From Flavobacteriales bacterium (GTDB lineage: Bacteria > Bacteroidota > Bacteroidia > UBA10329), in NCBI GenBank assembly GCA_020635535.1, contig JACJZP010000013.1:16358-80357 (forward strand): a stretch of DNA of 64,000 nucleotides. The letters run 5' to 3'. Made by a program: the position numbers and the translations under genes. Under the pieces are notes generated by a model. It saw only the letters and a list, made by a program, of their open reading frames with translations, was not told where the DNA came from and did no database searches. Each line of letters begins with the position of its first letter. Position 1 is the first letter of the stretch. Of the stretch, positions 18,298 to 27,167 are shown in pieces.

Positions 18298-21200
18298 TTA
18301 CCCCACCAACGGCCAATCCTTGTACTGACCTTCGGCCTGTTCGATGACTTCTTTTAGGATTCTGTCCAGTTCGGAGAACGGGACTTTTCCTTTCAATTCC
18401 TTTTTAACGGCCAGACGGATGGCCGCTTTGGCGTTTCCTTTCTTGGTCCAGTCGAGTTCGAGGTTCTTTTTGAGGGAATCGACCACGCGATGCACCAAGT
18501 CTTGGATGGGGCCCTGCTCGTTGAGGATGCTGCAGTTGGCTGATAGCAGGTCGTAGAAGGCCAGTTCATCTTCGGTAAGACCGAGCTGCTTGGTGCGGAT
18601 GTCATCCTGCCTCAGTTCTTCAGCAAGTTCGAGCAGGTGTTTGATGGCCGCTATGCTGTCCAGACTGTTCTGGTGGTATTTGCTCAGGGTTTTCTCCAAC
18701 TCTGCTTTGAGGTTGGTCATGCGTTGGATGTTCTTACTCATGCGCACCTTTATCTCATCGTTGATGATGCGCCTCAGCAGTTCCACCTTGATGTTCTCCT
18801 CGCCCTTATCCTTCACCATGGCCTGAAAGCGGTCGTCCACAATGGAGATATCTATCTCATCAAGGTCGTACATGGCAGCAAGGTCAACAATGGCGTTGGC
18901 CTCCAACGATTTGCTGATAAGGTCTTTGATGCGCTCATTCTCCTTGCGCGACCTTCCGGGTGGAAACTTGATTTTGCGCACCGTTTCTCGGATCCGCTGC
19001 ACCACGGCCACATCTTCCTGAATCTCCCAGATGCGTGGGTCGGAGTTGGTCATGGCCACAAGGTCGGTTAGCTTGCGTTCTTCACGTAGAAAGTTCTCCG
19101 TGGTATTGTCGTTCACCATCAGGTCGTTGACCACCTTATTTGACCACGACATTTTCTGTGCTGCTGTCATGGCAGTCAATTCCTCAATGGTAAAACCGCC
19201 CATCAGACTTTTTACGGTTGCCAACTGCTCCAAGCACAGTTCCACGGCAGCATCAATATCAATGGTGGGTTTGCCTTGGCCTCCACCACCCGTGTATTTC
19301 TTAGTGGCTTTGGCAAGTAACCCTGAAATGCCGATGAAATCCACCACCAGACCGTTGGGCTTGTCCTGAAACACGCGGTTTACGCGGGCAATGGCCTGCA
19401 TCAGGTTGTGGCCTTTCATGATCTTGTCCACGTACATGGTATGCGCGCAGGGCGCATCGAAACCCGTAAGCCACATATCGCGCACAATCACCATTTTCAA
19501 TGGGTCGTCCGGATTGCGGAAGCGTTTCTTGATGGCCTCCATGGCATCTTTGGTGCGCATGTGCGGATTCCATTCCTTGGGGTCTTTGCAGGGGTTGCTG
19601 GTCATAATGACAGCAATCTCCGGGCAGCCGTCCAACGCCATCAGTGCATCGTACATCTTTACGCAGTTTCTGCGGCTCATGCATACCACCATGGCCTTGC
19701 CATCGAGCGACTTGGTGCGCTCGGTGAAATGCTCCAGAATGTCCTTGGCCACGCGCTCCACACGGTCTTTTGCACCTGCGGCATCCTCTATGGCCGCCCA
19801 TACGGCATTGGTGGCCGATTCTTCCGTTTCGGTCACTTCCTCCAGCTCTTCGGTGAACTCTGCCTTGATGTTGAGCGGCACCATCTTGGGCTCGTAATGG
19901 ATGGGCACGGTAGCACCATCTTCCACGGCCTGTTTGATGTCGTAGGTATGGATGGTTGTTCCGAATACCTGTTGCGTATCGGCATCCTTGCTATCAACGG
20001 GTGTTCCTGTAAAGCCAATGAACGAAGCATTGGGCAATGCCCTGCGGATGTTCTGCGCAAAGCCACCATCCTTAAAGCCGTATTGGGTGCGGTGGGCTTC
20101 ATCGGCCATCACAATGATGTTGTAACGCTCTGATAGCACAGGGTGCTCCACCTCTTTGCCTTCTTCCAATTCCTTCAATCGGAATTTCTCAATGGTGGTA
20201 AAGACCACGCCTCCACCATCGGTGCTGAGCAGGGCGCGCAGCTCGTCTGTGGATGTGGCGTGTTGCACATCGCCCACTAGGTCTTTGGCCAGTACGAAGT
20301 TGTCGTACAACTGCTCGTCAAGGTCGGAGCGGTCTACCTGAATGACAATGGTGGGGTTCTTCAGTTCGGGGCGCTGGCGCAAGATGCCCGTAAGAATGGC
20401 CATGCTGATGCTCTTGCCGCTGCCCTGTGTGTGCCAGATAACGCCCAAGCGGCCATCGCCCTGCGGTTTGATGTTCTGCACGGCACTGATAACCGCCTTG
20501 TTGATGCCCCAGAACTGGTGGTACTTGGCGCCTTTCTTTATGAGTTTGCCGTTGTGGTCTTCATGAAAGATGAAGTGCTGCACGTAATTGAGCAGCGTTT
20601 CCTTGGGGAACAGCCCGTTGATGAGCGTTTCCAATTGCAGGTCCTTGTTTTGCTCGGTATCGTCTCCGTGCAGGCTCTTCCATGGTGCATACCACTCCAT
20701 GCTGCTGCTGAACATGCCATGCAATGCCTCGCGGCCATCGCTTACCACGCAGAGGGCGTTGTAATCGAACAACTGCGGAATATCGAGCACGTAATGCTCT
20801 ATCTGCTGGTGGGCATTGTCGATGCCCACATTGGCATCGAAGGGGTTCTTGAACTCAAAGACCACCAGCGGCAGACCGTTGATGTAAATAAGCAGGTCGG
20901 TTCTGCGGGTGTTCTTGCCGATGATGGTCACCTCATCGGTACACACAAAGGTGTTGTGCTGCGGTTGGGCGTAATTGATGGGGTACAGATGCTCGGCCTT
21001 CTCGTTGCCCTGTGCGTCTTTCCATGCTATGTCTATGCCCTGCGTGAGTTTGCGGTGGAACTCGCGGTTGCGGTGCTCCACATCCATGCCCTCGTGTTGG
21101 GTAAAGATGGCCATGGCCTCGTTAATGGCCGTGGGCGGCACGTGCGGGTACGTGCGCTGCAAATGGCTGCGAAGCTCTTCCTGCAACACCACCTTTTTAA

Positions 21201-21300
21201 GGTCTCTTTTGAGTGCATTGCCCTCTTGGTAGGTGTAGCCCAATGCCTGCAACCACTCTATGGCGGCCTTTTGCACGGTATGTTCCAGCAGGGTGCTCAT
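18298..21300 (-). CDS. hsdR: type I restriction endonuclease subunit R
   Basis: 1000 aa. SF2 helicase motifs HTQGSGKS (Walker A) and MADEAHRTQ (DEAH box), plus FIGFTGTP and a TGFDAP-type motif VI region. 4-nt overlap with the upstream hsdS. Confidence 0.9.
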   Translation of the reverse strand: MSTLLEHTVQKAAIEWLQALGYTYQEGNALKRDLKKVVLQEELRSHLQRTYPHVPPTAINEAMAIFTQHEGMDVEHRNREFHRKLTQGIDIAWKDAQGNEKAEHLYPINYAQPQHNTFVCTDEVTIIGKNTRRTDLLIYINGLPLVVFEFKNPFDANVGIDNAHQQIEHYVLDIPQLFDYNALCVVSDGREALHGMFSSSMEWYAPWKSLHGDDTEQNKDLQLETLINGLFPKETLLNYVQHFIFHEDHNGKLIKKGAKYHQFWGINKAVISAVQNIKPQGDGRLGVIWHTQGSGKSISMAILTGILRQRPELKNPTIVIQVDRSDLDEQLYDNFVLAKDLVGDVQHATSTDELRALLSTDGGGVVFTTIEKFRLKELEEGKEVEHPVLSERYNIIVMADEAHRTQYGFKDGGFAQNIRRALPNASFIGFTGTPVDSKDADTQQVFGTTIHTYDIKQAVEDGATVPIHYEPKMVPLNIKAEFTEELEEVTETEESATNAVWAAIEDAAGAKDRVERVAKDILEHFTERTKSLDGKAMVVCMSRRNCVKMYDALMALDGCPEIAVIMTSNPCKDPKEWNPHMRTKDAMEAIKKRFRNPDDPLKMVIVRDMWLTGFDAPCAHTMYVDKIMKGHNLMQAIARVNRVFQDKPNGLVVDFIGISGLLAKATKKYTGGGGQGKPTIDIDAAVELCLEQLATVKSLMGGFTIEELTAMTAAQKMSWSNKVVNDLMVNDNTTENFLREERKLTDLVAMTNSDPRIWEIQEDVAVVQRIRETVRKIKFPPGRSRKENERIKDLISKSLEANAIVDLAAMYDLDEIDISIVDDRFQAMVKDKGEENIKVELLRRIINDEIKVRMSKNIQRMTNLKAELEKTLSKYHQNSLDSIAAIKHLLELAEELRQDDIRTKQLGLTEDELAFYDLLSANCSILNEQGPIQDLVHRVVDSLKKNLELDWTKKGNAKAAIRLAVKKELKGKVPFSELDRILKEVIEQAEGQYKDWPLVG

Positions 21301-22583
21301 AGGGCGTTGGCCACGGTTTGCTCCGCATCTTTTACACGTACCTCGCCACTGATGAGTTTGGGGAGAAGCGTGTCGCGGAGTTTTGATAGGGCTTTATTCT
21401 CTGAGAGATTTGAGTAAGTCTTCTGTAAAACAGGATATACCTGAGTGTTCAAAGCGCTAAGTTGTTCCTTAGGCGGAACTGGGATAGCAAACTCATAAAT
21501 GCGAGACGGAGAAGTATGCGAAACTGTTGAGCCTGTTTTCGAACCTCTGATGTATTCTCGAAAATCGTGTGAGTTGGCAATCAGGTACATTATCTCGTTT
21601 GTCAAGTACGACTGTTGTTGAACCAGGCCGAGGCGCTGATTGTGTAAATAGTGGAAGTCCTCGTCAGGTATAATTGCTGGAGCACCAAGAATTGCGCAGT
21701 CTTGTGTTAAATCCGTTAGAGCAAGAATCAGATCACCTTGGTTAAGAATGTACTCTTCAGGAAAATCTCCAGAGTAGAATTTCTGTTTTCCCCAATTGAA
21801 TTTTATTCCGCCTGATGCTTCGAAGTTACCTGGGGTAAGAAGAAGCTCCTTTCGTTCTTCCTGAGTGAACTGTTTTCCTTTAAAGGCAAACCCATGCTTT
21901 ATATGAATAAGTTCACCAAGCTTTTTAACCTCCCACCCCTTGGGAATGCTGCCCAACTCGGAGTCGATGAACTCTTGGTGTTGGAAGGGGCCGAAATCGA
22001 CAAACCAATGCTTGTAGAGGGCCATGGCCATTTCCTCCAAGGTGAAGTTCATGGCCAGGTTGTTCTCGATCTTGTCGTCTATGGCCGAGAGAATGGAGGC
22101 AATGGCTTTTTGTTCAGGGAGGGGTGGAACGGGAACATCAATATCCTGAATACTGTACAGAGGTAACTTCGGCTGAGTTGAACTAACAACCCCCTTGGCC
22201 ATTTCATGCTGGCCTTCTGATGACGTTAAAAAGTAGAAAAGATACTTTGGGTCGAGATTCGACAAATCAGTAATCTTATTGCAATTCTCCGTCAGATTAG
22301 ATCCGTCTAAATCCGAGTTGACAAAAGCCACATTGCCGATTGTACCAACAACTGAAACAATAACATCTTCTGTGTTGACTATATATCTGGAAATTTTTGG
22401 AAATACTTCTTCAGGCACATAAAGCAGTGCAGACTTATCAATTGTACGAGTTCCCATATCTCGCACTCTGATATACGGATGGTTGGTTTTGAACCCGACC
22501 AAATCCGTGCCCTTTGGCATTCGCTTTCCACCTTTGATAGAAGCAACTTCACCGAGCTTACATGTCTTCCAGTTTTGGGGCAT
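21297..22583 (-). CDS. hsdS: type I restriction-modification specificity subunit
   Basis: Bipartite HsdS layout. Two variable halves are separated by the central conserved helix LPEQKAIASILSAIDDKIENN, and the protein ends in the second conserved helix LSKLRDTLLPKLISGEVRV. Confidence 0.85.
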   Translation of the reverse strand: MPQNWKTCKLGEVASIKGGKRMPKGTDLVGFKTNHPYIRVRDMGTRTIDKSALLYVPEEVFPKISRYIVNTEDVIVSVVGTIGNVAFVNSDLDGSNLTENCNKITDLSNLDPKYLFYFLTSSEGQHEMAKGVVSSTQPKLPLYSIQDIDVPVPPLPEQKAIASILSAIDDKIENNLAMNFTLEEMAMALYKHWFVDFGPFQHQEFIDSELGSIPKGWEVKKLGELIHIKHGFAFKGKQFTQEERKELLLTPGNFEASGGIKFNWGKQKFYSGDFPEEYILNQGDLILALTDLTQDCAILGAPAIIPDEDFHYLHNQRLGLVQQQSYLTNEIMYLIANSHDFREYIRGSKTGSTVSHTSPSRIYEFAIPVPPKEQLSALNTQVYPVLQKTYSNLSENKALSKLRDTLLPKLISGEVRVKDAEQTVANAL

Positions 22584-22587
22584 TAGC

Positions 22588-24441
22588 TTACACTATGGTC
22601 AAATCATAAACTGAGTTTAGTAAATCCTTGTGCGCTTGAAACACCAGGCCATGTATAGGTATCATATTGGTATAGTCATTCACCAATTTCCCTGAGATGA
22701 ATTCATCTGAGTCATCTGTAGTGACGGGAACGATCTCAATACCTAAATGAGCCTCCAAAGCCTTCACGTATTTGCGAATATGCCACTTGTTCATAATGTA
22801 TTTCAGTGTATCTCTGTTCGCTGTTGCATCGAGTAGCATTTGGTTGTAAAGTGTGCCACTCATTTCCGGTCGATTGCGCTTTTGACTTTCAAATTTCACT
22901 TCCAGCTGTTGATATTCAGCTGACCCTATGTCACGTAGGTCCGAAAGCAAACCATCAAAGTAGTTCTCAGAAAATGTCCTTATATCAGCAACTGGCCTAG
23001 TTGATTTAAAAGCCAAGTAATCATATAGCACGTTCAAATCACTAAAAAGAGTGGATTCCAAGCAATATCCATCATGAGAGATCGCCTTTGACCCTGCACC
23101 AAGTCTTCCTACCAAATTGATGTTTAATTGATTGTTGTCGGTCACTTTGGTGAAGTCCTTGTCTGTAATTACCATGTAAGACTTATCCCGAAACAGTTGT
23201 GAAAGTGTTCTTTTGTTGTTATCAATCTTGGTTACCAGATTATCCTTTCCCCGAATCTGGAAGTACTGACAAATCGATGGGGAAGAGCCAGTTGGTATGA
23301 GGTTAGCCTCTTCATACTTTTTTAAGAACAACTCAATATTCTCTTTGTCATCAGTTCCTTCGACAAATACAACTTTACTAGAATGATTGAGTTTTTCTAA
23401 AGCAATAATCGGGTTACCGAAGTCTCTTTTGATTAAATCAAAATCGCCTAACGGTCTCAATTCACCAATAGATTTCGCATCGGAATTCAAATAAAAGAGT
23501 TCACCATTCTGTACTTCACTTACAAAAATGTCGTTGTGGGAAATAATGAAGGTTTGATTATCTGTTAGCTCCTTTATTTTACCAATGAGGCGTTTTTGTA
23601 AAGCCGCATGTATGTGACTGTCCGGTTCATCGATTAATAGGATGTTCAATTCCGCAGCTAAGTAGTTAATGGTGGCAAAGATCTCAGTTACCTGAACCAC
23701 CCCACTGCCCTGCATATACAATTCTCTTCCCCGACCTGTACCGTTTATCCTTAAATCTATGTGTTCATCAGTTTCCCTTCTGGACCTATTCGCCACCTGA
23801 AACTCGATAGTTTTGTTGAGTACATGCGAGACTTGTTCGTTAAGAACGACAATATTTTGATGTTTCATGATTTTATTCCTCAAGACCTCTTGGGACTTGC
23901 CTCGCATCATCTTTTTGTCGACTTGTCCCTTATTCATGAAAGGTTCCTGCGCTAAAACACTAGCGACAGGGCTGGTCTGATAAAGGAATATCGCGTTGTC
24001 TAAGCGAATACCATGATGTTGCATGCGTCTGGCAAAATCCTGAAACGGTGGATTTCGACTTTTGAGTATTCGATAGTAGGCATTTGAAATTCGTTGTGGC
24101 CGGTTAATCCTAAACACCAGCTCAAATTCATCCCCATCTTTACAAAGCGTCAACCCAATCTGGCATTCATTCGGAGCTTCTCTGAATAAGTCTAAATCAT
24201 CGTTTAAACGTAGAAAGTTCAAGTCTTTGTAGGCCATGTATAAGTTGTTCCCCGCATAGAACTGCCTTCTGTTTTGCTGTATGTAAAGGTGATAACACCG
24301 ATGCCATAGCTGTAGCGCCTCAAATACGGTGGTTTTTCCTTGACTATTCTCACCAATAATGACATTGAAGTTTTCATTTGGATAGATTTCAAGTTTGCGT
24401 ATGCACTTGAAGTTTTCAATCAGAATCTTTGAAATATGCAT
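22588..24441 (-). CDS. restriction-linked ABC-type ATPase with C-terminal Toprim/DUF4435/RloB-like region (OLD / RloA-RloB / PARIS-like)
   Basis: Walker A GENSQGKT (aa 30-37), Walker B ILLIDEPDSHIH (aa 267-278), SHND (aa 301-304). The C-terminal part has VVFVEGTDD (aa 357-365) and VITDKD (aa 424-429), resembling the Toprim E...DxD arrangement. It sits between hsdM/fic and hsdS on the same strand, 4 nt upstream of hsdS. Confidence 0.6.
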   Translation of the reverse strand: MHISKILIENFKCIRKLEIYPNENFNVIIGENSQGKTTVFEALQLWHRCYHLYIQQNRRQFYAGNNLYMAYKDLNFLRLNDDLDLFREAPNECQIGLTLCKDGDEFELVFRINRPQRISNAYYRILKSRNPPFQDFARRMQHHGIRLDNAIFLYQTSPVASVLAQEPFMNKGQVDKKMMRGKSQEVLRNKIMKHQNIVVLNEQVSHVLNKTIEFQVANRSRRETDEHIDLRINGTGRGRELYMQGSGVVQVTEIFATINYLAAELNILLIDEPDSHIHAALQKRLIGKIKELTDNQTFIISHNDIFVSEVQNGELFYLNSDAKSIGELRPLGDFDLIKRDFGNPIIALEKLNHSSKVVFVEGTDDKENIELFLKKYEEANLIPTGSSPSICQYFQIRGKDNLVTKIDNNKRTLSQLFRDKSYMVITDKDFTKVTDNNQLNINLVGRLGAGSKAISHDGYCLESTLFSDLNVLYDYLAFKSTRPVADIRTFSENYFDGLLSDLRDIGSAEYQQLEVKFESQKRNRPEMSGTLYNQMLLDATANRDTLKYIMNKWHIRKYVKALEAHLGIEIVPVTTDDSDEFISGKLVNDYTNMIPIHGLVFQAHKDLLNSVYDLTIV

Positions 24442-24486
24442 GTAATTAGGGGTTGGTTCAATTTTGAATCTTATAACCTGAGAAGT

Positions 24487-24564
24487 TTATGTTCTCTCAA
24501 AATTTTCAAGTATCCGTTTCTTCAATTCATCCCCTTTTTCAAACTGCTGGGTAAGGGTGGCTTT
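24487..24564 (-). pseudogene. relic copy of the hsdM 3' end (25 codons plus stop)
   Basis: The minus strand reads KATLTQQFEKGDELKKRILENFERT*. The real HsdM C-terminus is KATLTQQFEKGEELKRQILANFEKL*. 56 nt (24510-24565) match 25571-25626 with 3 mismatches. Confidence 0.6.
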
Positions 24565-25531
24565 GGCTCAAAAGGTTCACGGTTACTTTTATCATCATGT
24601 CTTTGTCGGCTGGGTTGCTCTGTGCGATCATCAGCGTAAGCGCAACAAGTGTGTTGTCATCAATAAGTCTTTGCCCATGACCATCGTACAGCAGGCCATT
24701 GCGTTCTAAGAACCAGACAAAAATGAATGCTGCAATGCGTTTGTTGCCATCCGTAAACGAATGGTTTTTGACAACGAAGTAGAGTAGGTTTGCGGCTTTC
24801 TCTTCTGTTGTAGGGTAGAGGTCTTTGCCTCCGAAGGTCTGGTAAATGGTGTCTAGAGAGCTTTTGAACGAGCTATCTTTTTCTTGGCCGAAAAGGCCTT
24901 TAAACTGTGTTTGCTTACCCAATTCCTGTATGGCTATTTTTGCTTCGGCATAGTCGATTCTCACTACTTCTTCGTTACCCTTTTCGGGCAATTTTAGGCG
25001 TTGGTGGTCGTAGTCGTCCAACAGGTCCAATGCTGTGGCGTAGGCGGTAATAACCTTAATTAGCCCTTGCGATTCGTCTGGTTCTAGCGTGTAAGAAGAA
25101 ATTACCTTGCCTTGCAATTGAGCCAACTTCTTGAATTCCTGTAGTTGTTGCTGGCTCTCCTGTAGGCGCTTTTCGTTAACCGCATAACCCTTTAGCAGAT
25201 AATCTCTGAGTACGTTGTTTGACCAAATTCTGAACTGTGTGCCCCTTTGTGATTTTACGCGATACCCTACTGATATAATGACATCCAGATTGTAGCTCTT
25301 TGTTCTATATTTTTTGCCATCGGAGGCAGTTATCAAGGATTCCTTGACAACTGAACCAGCATTCAATTCACCTTCTCTGAAACAGTTGTTTATGTGCAAG
25401 CTGATGTTCTGTTTGGTCTGTTCAAAAAGCTCAGCCATTTGGTTTTGGGTGAGCCAAACGGTTTCGCCATCAAACTGAACCCGAACCTCTACCGAATCAT
25501 CAGGCGTGTTGTATATGATCACTTCTTCCAT
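24539..25531 (-). CDS. RhuM-like N-terminal domain fused to Fic/Doc-family domain with Doc-type motif
   Basis: The motif HSFTDGNKRIAA (24737-24763, minus) fits the Doc-type HxFx(D/N)(A/G)NKR rather than the Fic HxFx(D/E)GNGRxxR. The N-terminus (VWLTQNQMAELFEQTKQNISLHINNCF) resembles RhuM-family proteins. The gene starts 16 nt after the hsdM stop. Confidence 0.65.
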   Translation of the reverse strand: MEEVIIYNTPDDSVEVRVQFDGETVWLTQNQMAELFEQTKQNISLHINNCFREGELNAGSVVKESLITASDGKKYRTKSYNLDVIISVGYRVKSQRGTQFRIWSNNVLRDYLLKGYAVNEKRLQESQQQLQEFKKLAQLQGKVISSYTLEPDESQGLIKVITAYATALDLLDDYDHQRLKLPEKGNEEVVRIDYAEAKIAIQELGKQTQFKGLFGQEKDSSFKSSLDTIYQTFGGKDLYPTTEEKAANLLYFVVKNHSFTDGNKRIAAFIFVWFLERNGLLYDGHGQRLIDDNTLVALTLMIAQSNPADKDMMIKVTVNLLSQSHPYPAV

Positions 25532-25547
25532 CCGATCGTTTGTCGCA

Positions 25548-27167
25548 CTATAACTTTTCGAAATTAGCCAGTATCTGTCTCTTCAATTCCTCCCCTTTTT
25601 CAAACTGCTGGGTAAGGGTGGCTTTGAGGGTTTCCATTTTTTCTTCAAATGGAATGCCGTCATCCTCTTCGGCTTCGGTGCCCACGTAGATGCCCGGGGT
25701 CAGTTTGTAGTCCTGTGCCTGCACTTCTTGCAGGGTGGCGGAGCGGCAGAAGCCGTCTTGGTCTGTATAAGGTTGAGATTGCCCCCCTGACGTTTCGAGA
25801 GCCTCAACGTCCGCTTCAGGGCTCGTGCGCCATGCGTGATAGGTGTCGGCAATGCGGGCAATGTCGGTATCGGTAAATACGCGCAGCTTGCGGCTGGCCA
25901 TGGTGCCCATTTTGCTGGCATCAATAAAGAGTATCTCATCCATACGCTGGCGGTGGGTGCCATCCTTGCCATCGCGGTTCTTGCTCAGTATAAAGAGGCA
26001 AGCGGGGATGCCTGTGGTAAGGAAGAGCTTATCGGGCAGGCGCACAATGGCATCTATCATACCGTTATCTACCATGTGCTGACGCACGGCCTTCTCGCCA
26101 CTGCTGTTGGAGGTCATGGCGCCATTGGCCATTACGATGCCTGCGGTGCCTGTATCACTGAGGTGGTGCCAGAAGGTCTGCATCCACATGTAGTTGGCGT
26201 TGCCATCGGTGGTAAAGGTTTCGCGCGGGCCAAAGAGGCGCGGGTCGTTCTCGGGCAGGTCTTCGGGGTGCCAGCCACTTACATTGAAGGGTGGGTTGGC
26301 TATCACGTAGTCGGCCTTCAGGTCGGGGAACTTGTCATCAAGCAAAGAGTTGCCCAGTTTGATGTCGAAACTAAGGTTGCGCAACATGAGGTTCATGAGG
26401 CACAGGCGCAGGGTCTGCGCGGTGCGCTCCTGCCCGTAAATAGAGATGTTGCTTTTGCTGCCGCCATGCTCGTTGATGAACTTGAGGCTTTGCACAAACA
26501 TGCCCCCGCTACCACAGGCCGGGTCGAAAATGCGGCCTTCGTAAGGCTCCAGCATTTCTACCAACAGGCGCACAATGCTGCCCGGGGTGAAGAACTGCCC
26601 TGCACCGCTGCCTTCGGCCATGGCAAATTTGCCGATGTAGTATTCGTAAATGCGGCCAAGGATGTCGCTTTCGGGGTTCTCCTTCTCCGAGAACTTGGGG
26701 TGGCTGAGCAGGTTGATGATGCCAGCGGTCTGCTTGGCTGAAAGTTCGCTCTTGACAAAAATCCTTGGTAGCAGGTTCTGCAACTGCGGGTTGTATTCGG
26801 TAAGCAGTCCTTGGAGCATGTCGAAGGCATCATCCACCAATACCTTGATGTTGTCCTGCTCGGCATTGTCCTTCAGGTATTGCCATGACGCCTTTTCGGG
26901 TATGACGAACGCATTCTTAGCGCGGTACTCGTCTGCGTCTTCCAACACGTAGTTTATCTCATCGGTATCGATGGTGTAGCGGTCAGACTTCGGGTCGTTG
27001 AGCTGCGCTTGCAGTTCTTCCTTCACCACATCGTGGCGTTCGCTGAGGTGCTTGAGGAACACCAGCGGCAGGATGTAGTTTTTGTAGTTGTTCTCCGATA
27101 CGGCACCGCGCAACTCATTGGCGGCATCCCAGAGTTCTTTTTCAAAGTTGATGTCTGCTTTGGGCAT
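25548..27167 (-). CDS. hsdM: type I restriction-modification methyltransferase subunit M (N6-adenine)
   Basis: SAM motif I IFDPACGSGGMF, catalytic motif IV VIANPPFN, and an HsdM N-terminal helical domain. 539 aa. Confidence 0.9.
   Translation of the reverse strand: MPKADINFEKELWDAANELRGAVSENNYKNYILPLVFLKHLSERHDVVKEELQAQLNDPKSDRYTIDTDEINYVLEDADEYRAKNAFVIPEKASWQYLKDNAEQDNIKVLVDDAFDMLQGLLTEYNPQLQNLLPRIFVKSELSAKQTAGIINLLSHPKFSEKENPESDILGRIYEYYIGKFAMAEGSGAGQFFTPGSIVRLLVEMLEPYEGRIFDPACGSGGMFVQSLKFINEHGGSKSNISIYGQERTAQTLRLCLMNLMLRNLSFDIKLGNSLLDDKFPDLKADYVIANPPFNVSGWHPEDLPENDPRLFGPRETFTTDGNANYMWMQTFWHHLSDTGTAGIVMANGAMTSNSSGEKAVRQHMVDNGMIDAIVRLPDKLFLTTGIPACLFILSKNRDGKDGTHRQRMDEILFIDASKMGTMASRKLRVFTDTDIARIADTYHAWRTSPEADVEALETSGGQSQPYTDQDGFCRSATLQEVQAQDYKLTPGIYVGTEAEEDDGIPFEEKMETLKATLTQQFEKGEELKRQILANFEKL

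Noticed and set aside
19301-21417. Long ORFs overlapping hsdR on both strands (20431-21417 + 328 aa, 19408-20133 + 241 aa, 19391-19897 + 168 aa, 19301-19801 - 166 aa)
   Set aside because: They lie wholly inside a motif-complete hsdR. Their translations are low-complexity and Arg/Gly/His/Ala-rich with no motifs. They are the expected stop-poor shadow frames of a GC-rich gene.
21297-22583. Phase-variable hsdS (shufflon-type inversion system)
   Set aside because: There is only one hsdS. I saw no silent half-hsdS copies, no inverted hsdS-internal repeats and no recombinase adjacent to it.
25649-26952. Long ORFs overlapping hsdM (25836-26741 + 301 aa and several of 75-102 aa)
   Set aside because: These are also shadow frames of a GC-rich, motif-complete gene, with no independent start context or recognisable domain.
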